Shown: piece by piece, positions 21,610 through 33,882 of the stretch
How positions within the stretch are numbered: position 1 is the first letter of the stretch
How the letters are laid out: every line of letters starts with the position of its first letter
From: Octopus sinensis
Lineage: Eukaryota
Direction: 5' to 3'
NCBI RefSeq assembly: GCF_006345805.1
Contig: NW_021832070.1
Location: 1 to 34,296 of the forward strand
DNA length: 34,296 bases
The notes under the pieces: generated by a model
Seen by the model: the letters and a program-made list of their open reading frames with translations, nothing else
Databases searched by the model: none
Told to the model about the DNA's origin: nothing
Made by a program: the position numbers and the translations under genes

Positions 21610-22686
21610 GTTTAACGAGATTGAACTAGTCGGCGTTTAACGAGACAGAACAAGTCAATATTAAAAGACATCGAACTAGTCGACGTTAAACGAGGATTGA
21701 ACTAGTCGACGTTAAACGAAATCGAACTAGTCGGCGTTAAACGAAATTGAACTAGTCGACGTTAACGAGATTGAACTAGTCGACGTTAAACGAAATTGAA
21801 CTAGTCGACGTTAAACGAGATTGAAGTAGTCGACGTTAAACGAAACTGAACTAGTCGGCGTTAAACGAGATTGAACTAGTCGACGTTAAACGAAATCGAA
21901 CTAGTCGGCGTTAAACGAAATTGAACTAGTCGACGTTAAATGAAATTGAACTAGTCGACGTTTAACGAGATTGAACTAGTCGACGTTAAACGAAATTGAA
22001 CTAGTCGGCGTTAAACGAGATTGAACTAGTCAGCGTTAAACGAAATTGAACTAGTCGAGGTTAAACGAAATTGAACTAGTCGAGGTTAAACGAAATTGAA
22101 CTAGTCGACGATAAACGAAACTGAACTAGTCGATGTTAAACGAAATTGAACTAGTCGGCGTTAAACGAGATTGAACTAGTCGACGTTAAACGAAATTGAA
22201 CTAGTCGGCGTTAAACGAGATTGAACTAGTCGACGTTAAACGAAATCGAACTAGTCGACGTTAAATGAAATTGAACTAGTCGACGTTTAACGAGATTGAA
22301 CTAGTCGACGTTAAACGAAATTGAACTGGTCGGCCTTAAACGAGATTGAACTAGTCAGCGTTAAATGAAATTGAACTAGTCGAGGTTAAACGAAATTGAA
22401 CTAGTCGAGGTTAAACGAGACTGAACTAGTCGACGTTTAACGAGATTGAACTAGTCGAGGTTAAACGAAATTGAACTAGTCGACGTTAAACGAGATTGAA
22501 CTAGTCGCCGTTAAACGAGATTGAAGTAGTCGACGTTAAACGAAATTGAACTAATCGACGTTAAACGAAATTGAACTAGTCGATGTTAAACGAGATTGAA
22601 CTAGTCGACGTTTAACGAGATTGAACTAGTCGACGTTAAACGAATTTGAACTAGTCGACGTTAAACGAAATTGAACTAGTCAACGT
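21610..22686. repeat. 25-bp tandem satellite (AACGA(A/G)ATTGAACTAGTCG(A/G)CGTTA), ~43 units
   Basis: Head-to-tail units with no spacers. Each consensus unit contains ACTAGT and GTCGAC palindromes. Confidence 0.95.
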
Positions 22687-22969
22687 GCAATTAATGGGCA
22701 AATATCTGGGAATTTACTAGAATGAAAGTATAAAATGATTTTTTCCCCCTTTTTTCTCTCGGTGGTCAGCTGGTTCTTGCCTAGTCTCGTCTTTGGATTT
22801 AGTTTGACTACACAAGTATTTTTACAGTCATTGAGATTCTTGTTCTCATTTGAAATTATTTCTCTTGTCCCAACCGCAGCCATGATATCGAGTGGATTTA
22901 TTTATTTTCTCAGCAGAATCACGTTTTCTGAAGTTATTATTACGATTCTATCTATCTAGTATCTGCAAA

Positions 22970-23195
22970 GTTACAAAATGGCGAACCAATAAACAAAATG
23001 AAGGCGCTTACCTTATCTCATAAGATTCATCCTGAGGAGCAACAAGGAAGGAAACGAAATTTGACTGCACTGGAGGTCGTGGCGTACAGTTAGGCAGTGG
23101 CGGTAGTGGAGGTGGTGCATATGAATATAATTAGAACATGGGGGTGGGTGGGTGGGTGACGTGGAATTCTGAGGAAAAGATGGCGGAGGTAAATT
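22970..23195 (+). promoter_or_regulatory. Candidate promoter / first exon (ATG GCG GAG|GTAAAT)
   Basis: YY1-type AAAATGGCG (~22975) and AAGATGGCGG (23177-23186), CCAAT (~22986), TGACGT (~23157), Kozak-like AAAGATGG at 23180 and a donor at 23189. Motif evidence only. Confidence 0.3.
23012..23031 (-). other. Candidate 20-nt microexon (only stop-free frame DESYEI-R/S)
   Basis: Minus strand: tttcgtttccttccttgttgctcctCAG|GATGAATCTTATGAGATAAG|GTAAGC, with a strong pyrimidine tract, acceptor and donor. No partner exons identified. Confidence 0.45.
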
Positions 23196-23426
23196 TTGGA
23201 AAATGCGAAATTATGTATCAAAGAAAAGTTTCTGATGACGGTCACATTCCAGTATTTCGAACGAACAGCATATATATAATATATATACATATATATATAT
23301 ATGTATATATATATATGTATATATATACATATGTATATATATGTATATATATATATATGGTATATATATATATATACATATGTATATATATATATATATA
23401 TTGTATATATATATATATATATATAT

Positions 23427-23766
23427 AAATTAACATACCACATCACTGAAAAAGTAATAATAATTGTAGTGATAATAATAATAATAATAATGGACATGAA
23501 TACTGTAATAATATCAACAATAATAATAATATTGATAATGGCACTATTATAATTTTATTGTTGATATTATTGTTAATAGTAGTAATACATGTACCCATTT
23601 ACAACCTTAATCATCGTCGTCATCATCATCATCATCGTCATCATCATCATCATCATCATCATAACCATTATCATCTGGAAGTTCATCGTCGTCACTGTTG
23701 CCAATATCATCATCGCCGTCGTCACAGATATAATCGATTTCATTTTTTTCATTATCGCTGTCGTTG

Positions 23767-23811
<45 letters not shown>

Positions 23812-24680
23812 ACATTACCAGCATCACCGTCAGTGCCAATGTTTTCGTAGTCACCATTATTATCGTTGTCATCGGCATCACTATCATCATCGTCATCATC
23901 ATCACCTTCATCATCATCACCTTCATCATCATCATCATCATCATCATTGTCGTCGTCGTCATCGTCGTCATCATCATGAACATCAATTTGATCATCACCA
24001 ATGTCGTCGACTTGGAAGTCATGGTCAACTTCGTCATTTTCGCCATCGGCGTCGCTGTGCTCACCATCATTATCATCATCATCATTATCATCATCATCAT
24101 CATCAACAACGTCATCAAATTAATAATACTAACAATAATCATCATCATCATCAACTTCATCATAATAACAATAGCAACATGAATGTACAATTTTTACAAC
24201 ATAATTTGTGAAAATTTTCATTTAAAAATGGTTCATAATTTTTTGTGTGTACACACGCACACGCACTCTCACACACACACACATATACTTGCATTTATAC
24301 ATATATATATATCTATATATAATATATATATATAAAAATTAACATACCACATCACTGAAAAAGTAATAATAATTGTAGTGATAATAATAATAATAATAAT
24401 GGACATGAATACTGTAATAAATCAACAATAATAATAATATTGATAATGGCACTATTATAATTTTATTGTTGATATTATTGTTAATAGTAGTAATACATGT
24501 ACCCATTTACAACCTTAATCATCGTCATCATCATCATCATCATCATCGTCATCATCATCATCATCATCATCATCATAACCATTATCATCTGGAAGTTCAT
24601 CGTCGTCATTGTTGCCAATATCATCATCGCCGTCGTCACAGATATAATCGATTTCTTCTTTTTCATTATCGCTGTCGTTG

Positions 24681-24728
<48 letters not shown>

Positions 24729-25000
24729 ACATTACCAGCATCACCGTCAGTGCCAATGTTTTCGTAGTCACCATTATTATCGTTGTCATCGGCATCACTA
24801 TCATCATCATCATCATCATCACCTTCATCATCATCACCTTCATCATCATCACCTTCATCATCATCATCATCATCATTGTCGTCGTCGTCATCGTCGTCAT
24901 CATCATGAACATGAATTTGATCATCACCAATGTCGTCGACTTGGAAGTCATGGTCAACTTCGTCATTTTCGCCATCGGCGTCGCTGTGCTCACCATCATT

Positions 25001-25033
<33 letters not shown>

Positions 25034-25255
25034 TCAACAACGTCATCAAATTATAATACTAACAATAATCATCATCATCATCAACTTCATCATAATAACA
25101 ATAGCAACATGAATGTACAATTTTTACAACATAATTTGTGAAAATTTTCATTTAAAAATGGTTCATAATTTTTTGTGTGTACACACACGCACACGCACTC
25201 TCACACACACACATATACTTGCATTTATATACATATATATATATCTATATATATA
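23427..25255. repeat. Near-identical tandem duplication (~909-bp period) containing a (CAT/GAT)n-derived block
   Basis: 23427-24320 versus 24336-25255. They differ only in triplet-run lengths, a few substitutions and small indels, and the junction lies in (TA)n. Confidence 0.95.
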
Positions 25256-25583
25256 TATATACATGTATATATGTTCACTTAAATACACACACATATACAT
25301 ACACGCATTCGCGCACACATACACACTGACACACATATATATACATGGTTATTGTCAATATGCAAATATTTGACCAGAAGTTAATGAAAATTTAGGTTTA
25401 GATATATGTATATATATGTATGTATAGTACATATATACGCATATATACACACATATATCTATATATATTTTTGTATAATGTATATATATATATCTATGTA
25501 TATATACTTTTATTCGTATACACAAAATTAGTCAAACACTCTCAATCAACACACATTTATTCATATTTATGTATATACATGTG

Positions 25584-25633
<50 letters not shown>

Positions 25634-25850
25634 TATGTATATTCCCATACACATATACATACATGATCACGTATTGTATCTATATAGATAAATATAGATA
25701 TACGTATCTTTTTACTCACACACATACACGTATATATGTAAATACGTATGCATGTATGCATGAATATATATACGTATGTATACATCTATGTACACATACG
25801 TATATATATATATGCATACATACATTTATATATATACATACATATATATA

Positions 25851-25903
<53 letters not shown>

Positions 25904-27543
25904 TATATATACATACATATATATACATATACACATATATACGTGCAGAATCAGTGTTTAAAATATTTATAGTGTTCGTTTGGGTTACGAGATTTTTGGA
26001 AGTTAAATCTCATGTTATATATATTTCCCGGATTACATCCATTGTTTTCATATGACTTACTTTTGAGATGTTAGTTAAACCGGATTTGACAATTTAAATT
26101 TGAGGTATTATAAAATTGAAATTTTTATGGATTATAATTATGATTATGTTCATAATTATAATTATTCTTATCATTATTATACTGTTTTCTTTTACAGTTT
26201 TAAATTACGCTTTTGATTTAAAATTTGGCATTAAAATATTTCAGTTTGATGAGAAAGAAAAATGGTGTTTTTTCCTTTCTCGATTTGACTTTTGGATTCA
26301 TTTTGGTCAATATTAATTTTTTTTTCATTTTATTAAAATATTTTATTTCAAAAATAATAGAGGCTGCTGTTATTTCATGCTTTTTCATTTTTTAAAATTA
26401 AAGTATTTAAAAGTTTTTTTTATAACATTTAGATTTAAAAATTGTGTCGTTGTTATTTGATTTTTGTTTAAGTCATCAGAATTTTAAGTCATCACCATAA
26501 GTTATACATATAAATTAGGTAATTTGAATTTTATGTACGAGGTGGTGGGACAACAGAACATTTATAAATATTTTAATACACATTTTAAGATGTATATATA
26601 TATACACATATATATATATATACATATACAGACATATATATATATACATACATATATATATATAATATATATATATATATACATTTATATATATATACAT
26701 ATATACATATATGCATGCACATACACACACATATATATATTTATATACGCATTCATATATACATATACGTATATATAGATATATGTATATATACTTATAA
26801 ATATATATACATATACACATACATATATATACACATATATGAATTTACATATAAATATATTTATCTACATATATATAAGTATACATATATAATATATATG
26901 TATATATATATAGATATATAGATGTATTTATATATACATAAATATATATATATGTGCATACATATATATATAGATGTATATATATATGTATATATAGGTA
27001 TATGTATATCATTGTTACATATACGCTATATATAAATATATATGAATTTTAGTTTATATATATATCAATATATATATGCATGTCTGTATTTATACATGTA
27101 TATATATGTATATATATTTATATTTGTATATATATATATTTATAGATGTATATATATGTGCATATATATACAAATATAAATTGAATATATATATGTATAC
27201 ATACGTATACATAACATCAATATATATATACATATAAATATATGCATATATATATGTTATTTATTATATTTATATATGATTTAAATATTTTATTTATTTA
27301 TATATTTCGTTATAAACATACATTTATAGTTATAAAATTATGTGCAAGTACACGCACGAAAATAATTATAGATATAAATATATATGTATGTATATATATC
27401 TGCATATATAAATATAAATATACAATTTATGTATATATACATATACATATTTTGCATATATGTATATGAATTGCTTTAGCAATACATATGTTTATAAACA
27501 TATTCATATATATATATATATATATATGTATGTATATATATAC

Positions 27544-27586
<43 letters not shown>

Positions 27587-27797
27587 ATATATATATAATA
27601 TATATATATATGACTATATGCATATATATGCATGTATGTATATATAATAATATATATACAAGTATATATGTCCATATATTTTTATTTTATTTTTGTCCGA
27701 TCGTTCCCGTTAATATATGTAAATATATGCATATATATGTATGTATATATATACATACATATATATATATATATGACTATATGCATATATATGTATG

Positions 27798-27828
<31 letters not shown>

Positions 27829-28120
27829 GTATACATACGTATACATAACATCAATATATATATACATATATATATAGATGTATATATATATATATACATA
27901 CATATATATATATATATGTATATATATACATACATATATATATATACATACATACATATATATATATATACATATATACATATAAATATATGCATATATA
28001 TGCATGTATGTATATATATATATATATATACATACATATATATATATATAATATATATATATATGTATATATATATATGTTTTTATATATACACGAACAT
28101 ATATAATTGTTTGATAGATA
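25256..28120. repeat. Large (TA)n/(CATA)n low-complexity field with internal short duplications
   Basis: For example atacgtatacataacatcaatatatatatacata at ~27200 and ~27835, and tatatgactatatgcatatatatg at ~27608 and ~27773. An AT-rich unique island lies at ~25950-26580. Confidence 0.9.
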
Positions 28121-29009
28121 AATAGATATAACATAAAGATTTAATTAAATAAACGTTATTTATTCAATTTAAATCAGCAAATATTTATAAAATATTTATT
28201 AAGAATAATAATATAAGAAATAATAATAATAAGAATAATAATAATAATAAAAAAATTTTTTGTTGACCCAAATTTATATATTATATCCATCACCTTTTGA
28301 AATTGTTTTGGATTTTTGTTTTCAAGCAGTCCTCTGAACGTTTGTTTTTTTAAAAAAATAATTAGAAAGAGAGAGAGAGAGAGACAAAAAATTAGTAATA
28401 ATATTAATAAATGTTCATATTTAATATTTTGAACGATTTTAGGCAAGACATTAGTTGAAAAGCTTTAAGCTTATATCTGTTTGAAATAATTTTGTTATAG
28501 GAATTTGGAATTCTAACGTTTATCATTTTGATATTTTGGTCATTTGACATTTTGGACCAGGCGGGGAGGCCAATTGGCTCTTGACTTTTGATGTTTTTTT
28601 TTTTTAATTTTCATATGAGGGGGTGTTTGAAAGCTTTCAGTCGAGTCACGGGAAGGAGTTTTGAATACGATTAAGTATTTTTTGCATTTTTGTTTCAATT
28701 CTGCTTTAGCATTTTTAAGCTTTTCAAAATGTTTTTTTATATTTTTTCACAGCTTTTTTTTTTACAAAGTTTTATTGTTATTAAAATATTAAAAATTTAA
28801 GAGACAAGATTTAGGGGAATTTTTTCTTTTTTAAATTTGAAGCACAAAAAACACGTAAATAAAATAGTAGTTGCAACACTACTATTCATAACAGCGACAA
28901 CAACAACGTCAACAACAACAACAAAATCAACAACGGTGACAGAAACAACACCACCACCAACAACAACAATGGCAACAATAATGACTTCAGTATTGACCAA
29001 AAGAGAACT

Positions 29010-29600
29010 TAGTTATATAGACACCAGTATTCGACTGGTACATTATTTTGATCGACCCCGGATGGATAAAAGACAAAGCTGACCTCGGCAGGATTTGAAC
29101 TCATAACGTGATGGCATTTTACTAAAATGAAGCTTTTAGTACTACACCGTCTTTGCTATTTTCCATGTGATTAATGATAGTGATTCTCAAATTCTTGGCA
29201 CAGGGTCAGCAGTTCTTGAGGACGGGGAATCGGTTATATCGACCCCAGAACCTGACTGTTACTTATTTGCCGATCTCAAAAAAAAAAAAAAAAAATGGAA
29301 AGTAATGTCGGCCGAGGTGGAACGAGATGGGACTTTACTAAGATATTTATTTTAGCCCTGTACTAAACCATTTTTGCCCTTACCAATAATGATTTCGGTT
29401 TTAGATTTAAAAGCAAGAATTTTGAGGGGAGGGGTACTAGACGACGAAATCGACATTGCCACTTGACTAGTGCGTTGTTATATCGAACCAAGGAGAATGA
29501 GAAGCAAAGCTGACCTCGGCTGGCATTGAACCCAAAGAATAAAGAATTGGAACAAATATCGTAAAGCAGATTTTCTGAAGCTCTAGCCATTCTGCCAGTT
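29010..29600. mobile_element. Cluster of degenerate SINE C fragments
   Basis: gatcgacccc..aaagacaaagctgacctcggcaggatttgaactc (29050-29105), a related piece at 29190-29340, and gcaaagctgacctcggctggcattgaaccc (29500-29535). Confidence 0.55.
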
Positions 29601-29984
29601 CCCCATGGCCTTTTTCTCTCGCGATTTACAATTTCTAAGATACAAAACCAAAATCAGTTTGTATGTATGTGTATGTGTGTGTTTGTGTGTGTGTGAAAAA
29701 GTCATTATATATCCGCATCAGTATATTTTACCCTAAGCGGTTGAAAGTCGACTATGTCGATGTTCGAACTCAAAACGTGGCATACATCTACTATATTCCA
29801 TCTACAAGAGTGAAGAGTATATAACAGAAGGGATCGAACGCTCGATTACTTGAGTGGTACGATATTTCTTGAACATTTGATGGATGTAACGTGAAAAGAA
29901 CAAATCTCAGGTGAATTTGAACCCGGAATGCAGAGGGGAAAAACAAAAACTACTCTGTATTATTTCAAGGAGCAACTTTGATGA

Positions 29985-29986
29985 TG

Positions 29987-30043
<57 letters not shown>

Positions 30044-30240
30044 GTGATAATAATAATGATAATAATAATGGTTTCAAATCTTGGCACAAGGCAAAGCAAG
30101 TTCAGGGAGGGTGTTAGTTGATTACATCGACCCCAGTACACAACTGGTATTTATTTTATTGACCCCGAAAGGATGAAAGGCAAAGTCGACCTCAGCGGAA
30201 TTTGAACTCAGAACGTAAAGACTGACGAAATGTCTCTAAG
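29985..30240 (-). mobile_element. SINE C (head lost) with an (AAT)n tail
   Basis: (AAT)n 29985-30070, then ggtttcaaatcttggcacaagg..cgaccccagtacacaactggt..gaaaggatgaaaggcaaagtcgacctcagcggaatttgaactcagaacgta. Confidence 0.85.
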
Positions 30241-30329
30241 GATATATATATATATATATAGATATATATATGTATATATATAGATGCATATATATACACA
30301 TACACATGCATTATATATATATATATAAA

Positions 30330-30585
30330 TAAGGATAAGATCAATATTTAAATAACGATTTTATCAGGTGGCCAGCATGAGAATAACATCCTTTCAAAGG
30401 TAATAACTATTGATAATTATAATTTAGGCTATCTAAGAGATACCAGCAGGCTGCAAATAACAGTCAAAACTTGACTCTAAAGACACATTAAATGTGCTGT
30501 ATGAACATTTAATGTGGATTTAGAGTCAAGTTTTGACTGCTATTTCCAGCGTGGTGGTATCTCTTAGATGCCCTAAATTATAATT
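30330..30585 (+). mobile_element. (TA)n-embedded element with a terminal foldback (81-bp arms, 9-nt loop)
   Basis: 30415-30495 is the reverse complement of 30505-30585. The non-inverted relative is at 3773-3990. Confidence 0.75.
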
Positions 30586-30624
30586 TTATATATATATGCA
30601 TCTATCCATCTATCTATCTATCTA

Positions 30625-30690
<66 letters not shown>

Positions 30691-30728
30691 ATGTTATATA
30701 TACATGCATATAATATAATATATATATC

Positions 30729-30786
<58 letters not shown>

Positions 30787-30879
30787 TATATTATATATTA
30801 TATATATTATAATATATATATACATACATATGCATTATATATATGTATACTATGCATATATATCTCATATAAATAATGT

Positions 30880-31535
30880 ATACCTCGATTCCAGGCACTA
30901 CATTGTGTCCTTAAGCAAGACACTTTATTTCACGTGTCTTGCTTCAGTTCGCTCACTCAGCTGGCAGAAATGAGTTGTACTTGTATTTCCAAGGCTCAGT
31001 CTTATTACATTCTGTGTATCACGCTGGCTTCTGATCTTAACTGATTGGAAGTGTTATCATGTACATTGTTTTGTCTTGGTATAAAAGATGGGCAAATATT
31101 CTGCTCAATACCACAGATTTGCTTGTCAGTTGTTTGACCTTAACCAGTTGAGCATGTCCCTTGGTGACTGACGGTATGTGCATCTCTGATCACGAGCAGA
31201 AGTAGTGAGGGAGCATCATAGCCATGCGTTGAGAGGGATTCTTTGGGGTTTGGATAATTCACCTTTGAGAACATGGGTGTTTCATTCAACATCCTTAAAC
31301 AACCCTTATTCAGGAACCTTTTGAGTAGGATGGGCTACTCGACCTGAAGAAAATTCTAACTGGCCCACTTACAAGATCATGCGCTGTTTATCTTGATATG
31401 AGATCACCATGTCGCGCACATATGGTTGTGATGCATGTGCCTAGTTTACCCTTATCAGATGGGTAGTCATGATGGGTATACTGGGTTTCGTATATTTTAC
31501 CCCAGTATCACTTTGATGGCATGCACTGCTCTCAC

Positions 31536-31580
<45 letters not shown>

Positions 31581-31636
31581 TTAATAATAATAATAAAATA
31601 ATAAATGAAATAACAATAAAAATTATAATTATAATG

Positions 31637-31686
<50 letters not shown>
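30880..31686 (+). repeat. Long dispersed repeat with an E-type central domain and a (TAA)n tail
   Basis: tgtgtccttaagcaagacactttatttcacg..cactcagctggcagaaatgagt is shared with 7450-7520. It ends in gcactgctctcact followed by (TAA)n at 31538-31686. Confidence 0.55.
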
Positions 31687-31689
31687 TTC

Positions 31690-31990
31690 AGAAGCGTTTC
31701 CACGATCGTAAAGCAAGTGGAAGAAACAGAAAGAAAATGCAATCCCTTAAAATTTGAAATAGGAATAATCTGGAGCATGCGAATAGTAATGATTGTGCCT
31801 ATAATAATTGGTGCGTTGGAAATGGTAAGCAATGATTCAGATAAATGACTGGAGGACTGAAGGACATTGAAATAGAATGCCTGGTAGAGCTCCTCCAGGA
31901 AGTTTGTCTCTTAGGGACAGCAAAGCTCATCAGGAGGGTTCTAAGTACTTGAAAGACTGCTGAAAACTAGTGGACACCTAAGGCTACAAG
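31690..31990 (+). mobile_element. Decayed R4/Dong-like LINE 3' end (restriction-like endonuclease region)
   Basis: KQVEETERKCNPLKFEIGIIW..VMIVPIIIGALEMV..*, then frameshifted LVELLQEVCLLGTAKLIRRVLST* (stop at 31950-31952). Compare EKxxKYxxLxxEIxRxW..VVPIVIGALG..LQKxxLLGTAxILRKVL. Confidence 0.7.
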
Positions 31991-32334
31991 TAGTAACGCG
32001 CTAACCACATAAATCCTGCCAGGAATAAGACCGAACATGAGCCAACACAAAATAGGCACAAGGCCAGAAAATTGCGGCGTGATGCGGAATTTGTCGAGTA
32101 AATCAACATTATCACGTTACTGTTATTATAATTTTTTATTGACTAAAATAACGAGAAGTACAATATTTTTCAATCTTCAGTCACGGTGAATAACTCGTTT
32201 TCAGGATCTCTGTGTTATTGTTATTTACTTAAGATATTTAAGGCGCTGCAAATTGTATGGAAGTTGATGGTAAAACCATAAAAATTTATATGTGTCAAAG
32301 GAAGACAAACGACTATTAATAAGAAAGGAAGTCG

Positions 32335-32715
32335 AGGCGTAATGGCCCAGTGGTTAGGGCAGCGGACTCGCGGTCATAAGATCGCGGTTTCGATTCCCAG
32401 ACCGGGCGTTGTGAGTGTTTATTGAGCGAAAACACCTAAAAGTTCCACGAGGCTCCGGCAGGGGATGGTGGTGATCCCTGCTGTACTCTTTCACCACAAC
32501 TTTCTCACACTCTCACTTCCTGTTTCTGTTGTACCTGTATTTCAAAGGGCCGGCCTTGTCACTCTCTGTGTCACGCTGAATATCCCCGAGAACTACGTTA
32601 AGGGTACACGTGTCTGTGGAGTGCTCAGCCACTTACACGTTAATTTCACGAGCAGGCTGTTCCGTTGATTCGGATCAACCGGAACCCTCATCGTCGTAAC
32701 CGACGGAGTGCTTCC
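32335..32715 (+). mobile_element. tRNA-derived SINE family D (alternative 3' body)
   Basis: gaggcgtaatggcccagtggttagggcagcggactcgcggtc..ggtttcgattcccagaccgggcgttgtgag. The head matches 801-975, but the 3' body differs. Confidence 0.8.
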
Positions 32716-33309
32716 CAATAAGAAAGGAAGAATAGGGGTGACACAAGGCAATGATGGATGAAGAAAGGAAAAGTAAATAAAGAGCAGAAAAAGTCTGAGG
32801 TGAAACACTACCAAGTAGTCTGTGTATATATACATAGATGTACTTAGATGGAGGCTGTGTTTCCTAGTTAGCATAATAGGGGCTTTTCAAAGTGAGTGCA
32901 TTTCACGAATATCTCGGATCTATTTTTCTGGTGTTTTCACAATATTTCTCATTAAAAAAAAGTTCATTGCGTAGATAAACGGACGAAAAACTGAGACCGC
33001 AAAACCGATGTTACTTCGAGCTGCTTTGTAAATGAAAATAAACTACTCTATATCTCTGTACTAGCATGAAATATTTTCTGGATTTTCGATATCTATCAGG
33101 CATCATACGTTATACATACATAAACATATATATAATATATATTATATAATAATATATATATATATATATAATAATATATATATATATAATATATATGCAT
33201 ATACTATATTCATGTATATATCTATAATGCATAATATGCATATACTTTATTTCATATATTATATATTATAGATATATATATATATATATATGCATATACT
33301 ATATTCATA

Positions 33310-33525
33310 TATAGTATATATAAATGTGACCTCGTGTGTACCGTTGGGGATTTTTGTTCCTCTGTCTTCCCTTCTCTGGATCTTTCCTTCTCCTCTGTTT
33401 CCGACGAAGAGCTCCGCCCGAAAGGTTAAACCCTCCTTCTTTCCTTCTTTCCTGAGCGTCCAATAATACTATATTTGTTGCACGTCCTCGCGTTGTTGTG
33501 TTTTTTTGTGCTTTCTCTTTTGGAT
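33310..33525 (+). mobile_element. (TA)n-embedded Penelope-like relic with a decayed minimal HHR at 33397-33431
   Basis: gttt-CCGACGA-a-gagc-tcc-gccc-GAAA-ggt-t-aaac, followed by ttcctgagcgtccaataatact..., related to the reverse complement of 8560-8600. Confidence 0.5.
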
Positions 33526-33761
33526 TAACTTTGTATATATATTTATATATGTATTTATATTTATATTTATATTATATATATGTACACACATTTACACACA
33601 TATGTGTTATAAAGGTATTTAAATTTATGTGCATATGTATAAACGCATACATATATTTATATATTGACATATATATATCATATAACTCTCTCTATATGTA
33701 TATATGTATATATATATTCATACATACATACCCACATATATACCTACCTACCTACCTACCT

Positions 33762-33798
<37 letters not shown>

Positions 33799-33816
33799 AT
33801 ATATATATATATAGAC

Positions 33817-33868
<52 letters not shown>

Positions 33869-33882
33869 TATATATATATACA
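33526..33882. repeat. (TA)n/(CA)n/(CCTA)n low-complexity field
   Basis: Directly visible. Confidence 0.9.

Noticed and set aside
21610-22686. CRISPR-like array
   Set aside because: Units are contiguous with no unique spacers, there are no cas genes, and the context is eukaryotic.
23558-24211. His-rich metal-binding protein or Ile-rich membrane protein on plus
   Set aside because: These are alternative frames of the same (CAT)n tract with non-ATG or weak starts. Only the minus Asp frame looked protein-like.
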